In this document: positions 39,701 to 51,443 of the stretch, piece after piece
Numbering within the stretch: the first letter of the stretch is position 1
Layout: every line of letters starts with the position of its first letter
Assembly (NCBI GenBank): GCA_965153455.1
Contig: OZ234494.1
Coordinates: 3,472,001-3,536,000 of the forward strand
DNA: 64,000 nucleotides
From: Sphagnum compactum
Taxonomy: Eukaryota
Direction: 5' to 3'
Notes under the pieces: model-generated
The model's database searches: none
What the model saw: only the letters and a program-made list of their open reading frames with translations
Told to the model about the DNA's origin: nothing
Position numbers and translations under genes: made by a program

Positions 39701-40435
39701 TTAAGAGCACTAGAACAAATTCTAATCTTTTTAATCACATGGATGCAAAATAATCAAATTTGATTTCTTTTTTGTTGGTTTTTAAAATCTTTTTCTTTTA
39801 TAGATTTCACAGATTTTACAATCTTATTTTTATTATGTTTTTAAAGTTCTACTCTCCTTATTACTATGGAATCTAGGTGACATGTTTTTGGTTGGGAAGG
39901 TGATGTGAAACTTTGTATTTGTGAGTTTCAGAATGTTATTCCTTGTGCTCTAAGCTAGATGCCTGATGGACATTAAAGCACATTAAATTAAAAAATAGGT
40001 ATAAAAATGATCAATCAACTACTAATTTTTAGATTTACTAAGAACATTATTTTACAATCAGGACTATTAAGTTTTCAACCTATAACTACTAACTCAGTCT
40101 TGTATGCAACTTGAATTCCTTCTTAGTTTTTTACATCAAATGTTACCTGCTCTACCAAAACATTTGATGTTTCCAAAATTTCACAAAATTTACAATGAAA
40201 AATGATACAAAACCAAAATAAGGAGGAGGGGAATTGTTACCCCATTTCCTTCCAAATCCCTACTTGGAATGACAAGAATTCAAAACTAACTATCATACGT
40301 TTCTATATGTACCAATTATAAATCTATTTACTTGTCCCATCTCATCTTGCTTACATGTCCAATCCTTATGTTGTCTACATGTTCCCTTAACAATCTCCCC
40401 CCCCCCCCCCCCTTATTTTAGACTTTGTGCTCAAA

Positions 40436-40700
40436 CACTAAAAGAAAAATATGTATTTTCGATTGGTCTCTGTGATTAAATTTTAGTTGTAAACGACATT
40501 TGCAATTAAAATATTTTTAGTTGTTTTGGACAAGTCACATGCAACATTAGTTGCAAATGACAAAAAATATTGGATGAAAAAAATAGATCAACAAATACAA
40601 GTTCATCCTTTGATTCCACTGTATACGTTTTGTCACATGTGATTAAATTGCAACTATTTTGGTCAGAATTGAAAGCAAATGATGTGTTGTCACATGTCTC
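40436..40700 (+). mobile_element. CACTA-type left terminus with subterminal repeats
   Basis: CACTAAAAGAAAAAT at 40436, followed by ttgcaact / ttagttg(c/t) motifs in both orientations. No partner end was found. Confidence 0.5.
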
Positions 40701-42279
40701 AATATTTAATTATTAAAAATATAAAATATATTTTTATTTTGAAATAATTTAACACGTTCAATTCAAATGTTTAGATAATTTTATATTATGACATGTGGCC
40801 CAATGTAAATATGCCATGTGGCATTTAAAACTGAATTTAATAAAAAATATTAATATTAGGTTGGTAAGTACTTAGGTAGGTACATAAGTAAATGCCTACA
40901 AACTTAAGTTACATACATACATACTTACTTAGGCAAAAAAGTAGGTAGGTAGGTCCTACCTTTTTAAGTTAAATACCCACTCATATAGGTAGGTACTTAA
41001 GTAAGTAAGTACATAGGTCGACCTAGGTGGGTACGTCAAACTAGGCGCCTAGCTAGGTAGATAAGTAGGTTTGGGAGGTAAGTACTTTAAAATTGTGCAT
41101 AATTTGTTTTATTGTTTTAGGTTAAGCTTTTTGATTGGTTCATCCCATGTGCACAAATTTCTTAATGTGAAATTGGATAACCACACCCTTTGTTTATACA
41201 ATGTTCAAAGTAAAAATGGAAAATTAAACAATATGGGATAATTTTTTAAGTTACAACTCCAAAATTTTCTCATAAATTAAGTTGTAACTCCACAAAAACC
41301 TCATGCCTTTTAAAAAAAAAAAAAAGATTTGTAAACAATTCAAATACATGATTCATTAAATAATTAAATAATCATTTAATTAATAATGATTAAATTTACA
41401 TATATTTAAACTATACACTTCAAATATTAAGTATTCATTATCAATTACTTTAATAATTAATAACTTCTTAACATTTAACAAAGTAGTTATCTAGTCACTC
41501 ATAAATTGTCAATACATAACTCATAACAAATTTAATAACTAAAATATTTAAAATTATTTTATTACTTTTAAAAATATGGTCGAATCATAAATAATATAAT
41601 TAATGTAAAACTAATTTAATTACTATAACTAAAAAAGTAAATATTTTAATTATTTATTGTCAAATTATAAATAATGAACCAATAGTTGTTATTAGAAAAT
41701 AAATTTTTACATGATTTTTAATTCAAACAATAAAATATTAAATTAATTCCTATGTAATTACATTATTGTTGTAAAAACATTTATAGGTGAATTTCTTTTT
41801 TCTATTGGTAATTATCAACTATAAATACAATAATTTGCTAAACATAACATTAATTCTTATAATTACTTTAAAATTACTATGAAAATATTTTTTTATATAC
41901 GATTCATTACAGAATTAAAAAGATATAAAATAAAATACTGTAAAATAATTCCTGAAAATTAAAATCATTAAAATACTTATTTTAACTACATTATAAATTT
42001 TCCAAAATTTTAATTCAGATTTAAAGTTACAAATTATGGATTGTGAATAATTATGTTCAATTAGAAAATAATTATGCACATACTAATTAATTCTTATCTG
42101 AAGTAATTACAATGATTTTAAAGTAATGTAATATTAAGTACAGTAATTAATTTCTTTTTACTTTAAGAATATAAATTATATAATATAAAAATCCATGTTC
42201 TAACAATAATTATTTAGCATAATTTATATTAAAAAAATAATCGTTTATAATTACTTATAAAAGTGATTATTATGCATAA

Positions 42280-43050
42280 CACTAGTAGAAAAAACCCTTA
42301 AAACTCAATCAATAATTTTTCGAATTAAAATATAAACTTTAAATTCCAGAAAAATAATTCATAATTCAAATATCAATTTTTAGATGAAATATTTTTCTTG
42401 AATTTAAATTTAAAAACTCAGAATTGAAATAACAATATTCAAAATTGAAAGGTCCATTTTTAGCATCAATTAATAATTTTCTAAATTGGAATATTAATTT
42501 TGAGTATCCAAAATAATAATCTGGTATTTAAATTTCAACTTTCAAATCAAATAAGTTCTTACAAATTAAATCAAAAAATTCAAATCGAAATATCAATTTT
42601 CATAATAAAATAAAAATATTCAAAATCAGAATGTCAATTTTGGGACTCAATTATAAATTTTAAAATTGAAATATTAATTTCTAAATTCAAAAATAATAAT
42701 TTAGAATTCAAACATCAATTTTTAGATCAAATAAGTTTTTTGAATTTGAATAAAAAATTTAGAATGAAATGTCAATTTTCACATTCAAATAACAATATTC
42801 AAAATACAATGCCCATAATTACGCTCAACCAATTATTTTCAGAATTGAAGTATTCATTTTGAAAATCCAAAATAATGATTTGGAATTGAAATTTCAAGGT
42901 TCAAATCAAATGATTGTTTAAAATTTAAATGAAATTTTTTCAGAGTTTAAATTTAAATTTTTATATTTAAATAAAAATATTGAAAATTAAAATTTCGTTT
43001 TCTATATTCAATTAATAATTTTTGGATTTGAAAATAAAAAGTTTTTGTTT
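42280..43050 (+). mobile_element. CACTA-type left terminus followed by very AT-rich degenerate repeats
   Basis: CACTAGTAGAAAAAA at 42280, then recurrent aattcaaata..tcaatttt / aaattgaaat units. Confidence 0.5.
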
Positions 43051-43397
43051 TTTTACTTTGTTTTGTTGCAACATCAACTATATTCAACTCCATCTTCTGC
43101 TGCGTAGATATAGTTTTTGTGAAGCAACATAGCAAATGTAACAACAATCATGTCTAAAGTTCTCAAGGATTAAAAAGATAGGGTGTTATATGTAATGTGT
43201 GTTGATTTATGAGTTTTGTGTTGGTTCTTGGAAGCATGTTTCTGGGACACCTATGAATAAAATCATCAAATGTGTGAACAAGTTGTGTATGGAAGTTGAA
43301 CGTAGATAATATAACATTTAGAATCTCTATAGTATGATAATTGGCATTGGGTAATTCAACATTAGTGTAGGCAAGATCTCTAAGCCCCAATTTTTGA

Positions 43398-43685
43398 TTA
43401 CAAACATAACATTAACTTGGACATGTGTGTGTCCATATCATTGTAAATAATGAAATCATCCAAAAAGTCTTCATAAAATGCTCTAGGTATTTTTAAGATG
43501 TTCGACTTACAACACTTTGGTAAGTAGGAGGTTCTTTCTTCACACCAAAAGACATGACTAGTAGCCACACAATTATTCCCCAATCCATTATGAAAGTCAT
43601 CTTCTACTTGTCCTCTAATGCAATGAATATGTGGCAATACCCAAAATAGCCATCCGCGAATGAATATGCATCATGGCTAACACAT
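43398..43685 (-). pseudogene. Ty3/Gypsy LTR-retrotransposon reverse transcriptase relic
   Basis: Translates as HDAYSFADGYFGYCHIFIALEDK*KMTFIMDWGIIVWLLVMSFGVKKEPPTYQ...YLEHFMK, then a frameshift to FLDDFIIYNDMDTHMSKL. This matches the Gypsy RT motifs (D..SGYHQI, MPFG, F/YLDD). Confidence 0.85.
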
Positions 43686-44340
43686 GCTTTTAGGGTTTAG
43701 GGTTTAGGGTTTTGTTTTGTTTATGACACAAGATGTCCCAAACCACAACGCTTCATGCTATGTTGTTGGAGGGTTTTGAAATTGACCCATGGTTGTTTGA
43801 CTCTGATACCCCCCCCCTCCTTCAAGAAACCCAGAACCGACGGTTCTCTAATTCGGGTATCAAAATTGGGAACCGGAGGCTGTCAGCAAATAAGACCCAA
43901 ATACCCGCCCTTCACTCGTGGTATCCGGATTGGCTTCACTCTGGTGGACTTCGTCGGCCTTCACTCCTTCGCGCCCTCTGTTCGCGCTCTCCCTCTCGCG
44001 CAACACGACCTTCGACCTTGCGTCTTTTGCGAGAAAATCATGCTTGATGTGCATTTTGAGCTTCCTGCGTGTGGTACATGCAGCTTATTTCTGAACCAGG
44101 AAGGAAAGAAAGAAGCTCTCCTGTGTGCATCTCTCTATGGTTTTCCCGAACTTGTAAAACAGGGGGTTGCGATTTTCCTGCCCTAATTTGCTTCAATCCG
44201 TGGTGGTGTGGAGCTGTTTCAAGGTTTTGGGATTTAGAAACCGTTCGAGATTTGTTGAAGGCAATTTTTTAAGTAACTGTTTGCGTCTCTCGAAGTACTT
44301 CTATGCTCCTCGAAAGATGAGCTTCTTTTGAGGACTATCA

Positions 44341-44365
44341 GTTTAGGGTTTAGGGTTTAGGGTTT
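44341..44365 (+). promoter_or_regulatory. (TTTAGGG)3 telo-box cluster 4 nt upstream of the NAA40 ATG
   Basis: gtttagggtttagggtttagggttt. A second (TTTAGGG)3 tract lies at about 43689-43711. Confidence 0.6.
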
Positions 44366-44369
44366 GGCC

Positions 44370-47300
44370 ATGGATCGGAAGAAGCAGAGCGTGAGCAAGG
44401 ACAAGAAACTTAAGAAAAAGGAGGTAAAATCAAAGTCCTCTCCTCCTCCTGCTGCTGCTGCTCCCCTGTGGTTTCTGTTAGCTCTACTACAGTAAGCAAG
44501 TCCCTGCTGTTTCCAGTGCCAAGAACTGCTTCTATTTGGCCCAGTTGCGGTGCTTTTGGCTTTGACATACCAACTTTGTTGTACCTCAGAAAGACATAAA
44601 CAGTTTTTGCAAGAAAAAATGCTGAGTGCTTCTGTCAGTATAACATTGCGTTCTGGGTCTTATGGAGGCCTTTGATCCAACTGATAAACTCCTCCATTGT
44701 GTGACACTGAAGCTTGGATGTTTGTGATCTGTGTCGGACACCAGGAGCTTGCAAAGAAGAAGGCTATTGATGAAACTGTCAGAACAGCAGCTGCAAAAGC
44801 TGCCCCCATAGAGGAGTTTCCATCCTTCCTCAAGTACGAACGAAATGGTAAACTGAACAAAACAAGCAAACACTGTTTTCTTCTTTGCAGTCTTCACACC
44901 AATTTTCCTGTCTCCAAACAGTCACTGAACTTTTGTGTCTATAAAGCAATGTGTGCTTAAGAATTGAGTTGGTAAACCGGACAAACAAATGCTGTTTCTG
45001 TTTTTTGCAAGATCCGTAGCAATTTTTCTGTGTCAAGTAAGGATCTCACGCTCTGTGTCTTGCTCTCTCTCACACACACAATTGATATTATCCTTGATTT
45101 TTTCTATATTCCTATGTGCAGGCCTGAACCTTCAATTGGAAGCAGAGTTAGGTGAAAAACTTTCTCCACCTTTGAAACAGTACATTCAAGACCTGCTCAA
45201 GGTCAGTCTCTTTGTTGTGTTACTGCTAATATACGTGAACAGCAACCTAGATCTTTGTCTGCAGCTTGGCTTCAATTGTTACTTTCAAATTGTTGAAGTT
45301 TGCAGTCAATTATGTAAAATCAGTTTCAGCATTGTACCACCAACTCTGTTTTCATGGTGAAGAAGCTCAAGGAGTTGCTGCGCGGCTTCAATTCTTATCA
45401 TGATTCTTGAACTTTGCAGTTGATGATGTAAAATCAGTTTCAGCACTAGTGTTACTGACTCTGTTTCTGTGGTGAATAAGCTTGAGTGAGATTGATTAGA
45501 TCTTTTTTTCTCAATTGATTTACTTTGTGGGCAGAGCAGCTGAATATGGAGGGACCCTTTGGACCTGATGAATGGCCGGCAGAAGAGAAGAAAAAGCGGC
45601 GGGACATGGTCTCTCCAGATGCACGCTATATTATTGTGAGGGAGAAGAACCTTAGCCAAGACAGCAAGTTCTCCAGTGACAGCAATCTGGGACTCAGTGA
45701 TCATCATCATTGTGCTGGGTTGTGGGGGGCAAATGGAGGTGATCCAGTTGTGGCATTTGTCCATTACAGATTCGTAGTGGAGCATGATGTGCCAGTGTTG
45801 TATGTGTTTGAGATTCAGCTCGAACAATCTGTACAAGGGAAGGGCTTTGGCAAGTTTTTGATGCAGTTTCTCGAATTGATTGCCCGAAAGGTTTGCACAT
45901 CTTAACCCTAACTGGGCCTTTGGCAAAGACACAAGTTTGAAAAGTGAACTGTTGTTTGACAAGCAAGTTTTTTAAACAGTCTGTACAAGGGAAGGGTTTT
46001 GGCAAATTTTTGATGTGGTCTCTTGAAGTGATTGCCTGAAATGATTGCACATCTTGATCCTAATCAGGCCTTTGGCAAAGACACAAGTTTGATGAGGAAA
46101 GCTGCTGTTTGATGAGTGAGTGTTTTGTGCAATCTGTACAAGGGAAGGGTTCTGGCAAAAAATTTATGCAGTTTCTTGAATCGATTGCCTGAAAGGTTTG
46201 CCATCTAAACTCTAATTTGGGCTTTGCCAAAAACACAAGTTTGATGAGTGAAGCTGCTGTTTGATGAGTGAGTGTTTTGTACAATCCATACAAGGGAAGG
46301 GTTCTGACAAATTTGCAGTTTCTTGAATTGATTGCCTGAAAGGTTTGCCATCTAACCCTAATTTGGGCTTTGCCAAAAACACAAATTTGATGAGTGAAGC
46401 TGCTGTTTGATCAGAGAAGGCAGTGAGTGGACAAGACTACAGAGATGGGTGGTGATTATCAACATTATGCTGGTGTGGGATTCTGTGTTGGTTTCTGTAG
46501 AACAACATGAAGGCAGTCTTGCTGACCGTACAGAAAAGGAACACACGAGCCATGGCTTTCTATACACAGAAACTGAGGTGAAGAACACTTGCTCTTCTCT
46601 CTCTCTCTCTCTCAATAGCAAAGATACCATCACCCATACTCCAGTTGTTTGGATTGATCAATGAGGAAATTCCCTATTATTTGAGCAATTTTTATATTTT
46701 CTTGTGTTGTTCTAGGTTTGTTGTTGCAAGCATTTCTCCATCACGATGGCAAGATACACTGGTAATGTTTCTCACACATCTATCAGACAATTGTTCAGGC
46801 AATGGATGCCATTGTCATGGTGCTGGAGGAAGCAGTTGTTTTGCATCTTTATGTGCCATTGATGTTTATATGTTGTAATTTACTCAGAAAAATTGTACTT
46901 GAATTGGCGACATTTGACACAAATATTTGCTTGGGGTGGGGTATTTTCTCAGACTGGAGCAGAAATGACATATGAAATTCTTTGCAAGACATTTGATGTT
47001 GAAGCCAAAGCCATCTTGGAGGTAAAAATTTGAACAACTGATGGATTCCTGGTTTCCTATAAATTGTAGATGTAAACTGGAAGGTTTTGTTTCACAACAT
47101 TCTTGCCTTTGAAATCAGCATCCTCTATCACCTCTGTCCATAAAGTGCAAATGCACTTTGAATAACTGTGTGAATCATGAGAAAGGAGATTTCTTGATTC
47201 TTATTGGATATATTTGAATAACTGTGTGAACTGGATCACAGAGAATGTTTGCCCACCTCTCCAGTTTGATATCTTTCCTGCTTTTGTGCTTAACACTCCA

Positions 47301-47387
47301 ATTTGAACAGATTCTAGAAGTTGCTGCCACAGTGATTCCCACTCTCTCATCTTGCAGGAAGGCACCCCTTTGGGAGCAGAAACATGA
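44370..47387 (+). CDS. NAA40: N-alpha-acetyltransferase 40 (NatD, GNAT family)
   Basis: Exons are 44370-44423, 44745-44847, 45122-45201, 45540-45890, 46501-46577, 46716-46761, 46953-47021 and 47358-47387. Motifs include LNMEGPFGPDEW..EEK.KRRDMV.PDARY, AFVHYRFVVE..VPVLYVFEIQLE..VQGKGFGKFLMQ.LELIA, M.AV.LTVQK.N..AM.FY, ISPS and YEILCK.F. Confidence 0.93.
45825..46410 (+). repeat. 152-153 bp tandem repeat x4 spanning the NAA40 exon 4/intron 4 junction
   Basis: (g/a)tacaagggaaggg...ttgcc(c/t)gaaa(g)g...ggc.ttg.caaa.acacaa.tttga at 45831, 45983, 46136 and 46288. Confidence 0.92.
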
Positions 47388-48311
47388 CAGTGAACGTGAA
47401 AATAGCAGTTCTCAATGCAATAGTATGCAGTGAGACTGAAAGAACAGGTCAACTTGGTTGAGCCTCCTCCTCACGTACTCAATGGCTTTGGGGGAAGAAG
47501 CTTTGCACCAAAAATAACAATCTTCACAGCCATTCATTGGGCTGGAATGGGGGTGTATGATGATGTAGTTAATCACCTTTGCCAATATGGTAGGTAATTT
47601 AAGGATGGATACCACAACTTTGTGTGGGGTAGGATGTTGAATCCTCTGGCATTCCCCCATGTAGAGTTGTGTTTGTTTTTGCAAAAGAAAGTTGATAGAT
47701 CTATCGATGATGCATTTGATTGTGCTATGGAGTACTATCTATCAGAGTATGAAGATAGTTACGTAAACAAGAGGACAACAATGCCAAGATGCTGTACTAT
47801 CTTCTGCAGACAATAGCAAACCAAGATGCAAGATGTAGCATCTTTGCTACAGATTTCTTATTGTTCTCAAAGCACTATTCCTCACAATACATTGGAAAGC
47901 TGATGCAATTGTCACAAGTACATCATTACAGACAACATTTACAGAGAAAGCCTTCACAGGAATCAGTTGGAGGATAACCTCAGACAGTGCTGCAAGAAAG
48001 TGATCACCAAGAAATTTGCAACTGAATAAGCTTCTTGCCTCTTGTAATGACATCATGAGCAGCCTCCATCTCTACTGACATGATGAAATCTGGAAAGAAA
48101 AATCCTCACCTTTACATGTGCTGCACACTCAAAATTTGCAATTTGTGCAAATTGCCCAACTCATTGTCTCATCCACTCATTATCACTTCTTCCTGTGATG
48201 TTCAGCAATGGTGAGCAGGTTGTGTTCTTGCAAGCAGCTAGTTCTTACCTTTTCAACAGTGTTTTCTTGTTATCTTTTCTTTTTCTCCCCCTTGGTTTTG
48301 CCCTTATTCTT

Positions 48312-48612
48312 TTCATGTTGCTGCTTCTGGTTTGGTGATCATGGAGCTTTGTGATGTAGAGCAGGAATTGTAGTGGGAAGCTGGCTCTCTATGGTGTTCA
48401 TGATGTATTGTTTTCATGTCACTGCTTTTGTTTTGGTGATCTTGAAGCTTTCTGATGATGTTGAGCAAAAAAATTGTAGTGGTAAAGCTTGCTCTCTGTG
48501 GTGTTCATGATGTATTGTTTTCATGTTGCTGCTTTTGCTTTCATGATCTTAAAGCTTTTGTGATGATGTTGAGCAAAAAAGTGTAGTGGTAAGCTTGCTC
48601 TCTGTGGTGTAG
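48312..48612. repeat. Degenerate tandem repeat, about 105 bp x3, downstream of NAA40
   Basis: ttcatgt..ctgctt.tg.ttt..tgatc....agcttt..tgatg..gagca...tgtagtgg..agct.gctctct.tggtgt repeated. Confidence 0.8.
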
Positions 48613-51443
48613 TGTGGGAACAACACCATGAGATAGCTTACGCACATAGAGAAAAAGGGATTGCATTAGATTGTTGCTGAACATGATTTGGAATGAAATA
48701 CAAAGGTAATCCTAATCTTTTATGGGTCCCATCTTTTCATTTGAATGTCAGGTATGTTGGCTCTCTTTTTGCTTATTGACTGCTGTATGTTGATCGTAAC
48801 CAAGCATGTAAGTTCACATATGATGAAGAAGGGAGCACAACATGAGCACAGTGTCCTCTGCATAAATTAAGTCAGGGATGTTGGTGAGGAACCAAAGGTA
48901 CCAACACATGCACCAAGTGTGGAATGAAAATACTAGTGAGCAGTCATTACATACTCCCATGATAGACCGATCAATCAGGATGCTTTAGTCAAGTCCCAAA
49001 GCTCATAAAGGAAAAGACAATGTAATGTTTTAACAGTAATTAGTCTTTAGTTATGCACTACAGTAGGTACTACACTTTCCTTCACATTCATCACATTTAG
49101 AATTTATGAGATTCTCGTAGATCCAATTGTTGCTTGCAATCTAAGAAGCTCAGTTAGTTTTGTTTCCCTTTACAAGCAAGCTCTATACATCCAATTTCAT
49201 AAATATGATGGTTGCCTAGACCCGAATGGACAACATGCACTATCAGACTTTGAGCATTGTCAAATAGTGAAACATAAAATCAAGAAAAATTCCTTACCCA
49301 ACAAGAAATCTGCTGTGGTTTGTTGAAGATATCCTCCCTCAAAGACCAGGTTCCAATGACCCTAATTAAGATGTGTCAAATTGAGATTGTCCACAATTCT
49401 CTTGAAATCCCATCCACATGAAACATCAACACACCAAATACAACAAACAAATGGCAATAAGAACCTCAACTACATGACTCTTCAAATAAAGGGTTTGGTG
49501 CCTTTTGGGTTCTCATTGGTTGGCTTGAAATGGTGGCCCAAGCAACCCATCCCTTCTTTCTTTTCTTCTTCTCTCTTCATTCAATTACCCACATAAAAAA
49601 AACACCATGTCAAACCTATAACTTAATCTTGATTCTCCACACCTAGTAAAACATCTAATAGTAAACATTTCACACACCCTACTACTAAGAATCATCCTCC
49701 TTGCATGTTTAACTTTAGTTTTTCTCTTTCAACTTTCTTAATAAATGAAATGGAGAGGGTTTAGAGTCCAAGCAAGAGCTAGGTTGAGTTGTGTTTTTTT
49801 CTTGAGCTATATTTTGATAGGTACAAATATAAGCAAATCATAAGCAATCTAGCTTACTTACTTATTACTCCAAGTCAAGCATTTTGTTTGTTTGCACCTC
49901 CTCATACAAATTGTGCTTTTGGTATAGTTCCCTACTACTACTCCATTGAGGAATTGTTGAAAGGGGAGGGGGAGAGGTGGGGGTGGAAATCATACCACAC
50001 ATCTTTGGGTTGCCTTTACCATACATTCATTTTTGGAAGAAGAAGATGGAGAAATTCCCATACACAGTCTGCATCTTTGTTATTGTGGCAGTGTGCATGT
50101 ATTGTCGCTCAAAGTGTCCATCAAAGTGTCCATAGTGTGTGAAGAAAATTGAATCAACACAAAAAAAAGAAGCATTGTGTATGTTGATCCAACAAGGGGG
50201 AGAATTGATCCACTCATTGCCAAATGGAGGAATAGAAGAATCATTTCTAGGAACACTATTGGCATCTCTAGGTGAGAATGGCACTAGTTGTCATGTGCTT
50301 AGCACACACTTGCCAGGTGAGGTGGAGTGTGACCCCTTTCGTCGGTGGCCAAAGTTGCAAAGCCATGGCAATGGCACATGGCAATTCATATGATGAGCCA
50401 TTATTGAACATGATCCTCACTCTCAAGCCATTGGAATGCCCATCTTTGCCTCCTCTATTGCTCCATTGCCATGCATCTTTGAGGCAATCCAAATTTTTGG
50501 ACGTTCAAGCAAGTGAGTGATTAGATTACAAACTATGCTTTGTACATTCAATTGCATAATGGATGTCTCCACCCACCACTAGGTTTACATTAGCTGAGCA
50601 GCAGCCCTTTGTATAATAGATATTTACGGGTAAGTGATTCATTGCTGATATAAATCCAGAGATGTTTGTGATGTACATATGATGCATATGATGGCTTCAA
50701 AGTCTGAATTTGTCATCCTTCTTAGTGCCCAACAGCAAACATGTAGGATACCACATTTTAGTCATAACCAATATTTGTGAGTTCTCTCTTTTTTTATCAG
50801 CTTGAAACACTGGTTCTTTGCCAGTTCATTCAGAAACTAGGAACCAGAGGTTATAAGAAGATCAAAGAAGAACTACCCAACACTGTCATAACCATTGGAG
50901 AGCCTGTGTCTATGTTCTTTGGAATCTTATTATTAGTTTCCAAGATTTTAGGGGTGTCAGTCCAAGAAAGAGGGTGAAGGACATCACCAAAATAAAAGGA
51001 GAGAAATTGTTGGATTGTGAAAAACTTGAGAAGCTAGTGTGGAACAAATTGAGTTCCTTCACAATTATTGTGATTGATTTTCAGTACTTGGGTCTGCATG
51101 CTTCTTTGATTCTGAAAGAACCCAAAAGGGTCAAAGAAAATTTCAGAGCACATAGGAAGGCTTGGAGAATGTGTACAAACTACAAAACCAAATTCAAAAG
51201 AACCAATTGTCCAAAGGTAGGGCTTTTCAAATCACCCTGATCACCTCCCAAAATTGTCCAATTTTCATGAGCAAAAGCCTCATAGGTACATATAAATTTG
51301 CACTCTTCAGAAGTTCTTTACATGTTTCTCTTGGAAGCTTAGACTGTTGACAAAGCATAGCAATATAATTGCAGCCACAACTAGTCTGCAATTGCAGACC
51401 CAGTGAATGCATTTAAGGTTCTGGAAGATGCACCGTTTTGAGC

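Noticed and set aside
49900..50520. Possible LINE or other TE coding remnant
   Set aside because: No diagnostic motif could be recognised by eye.
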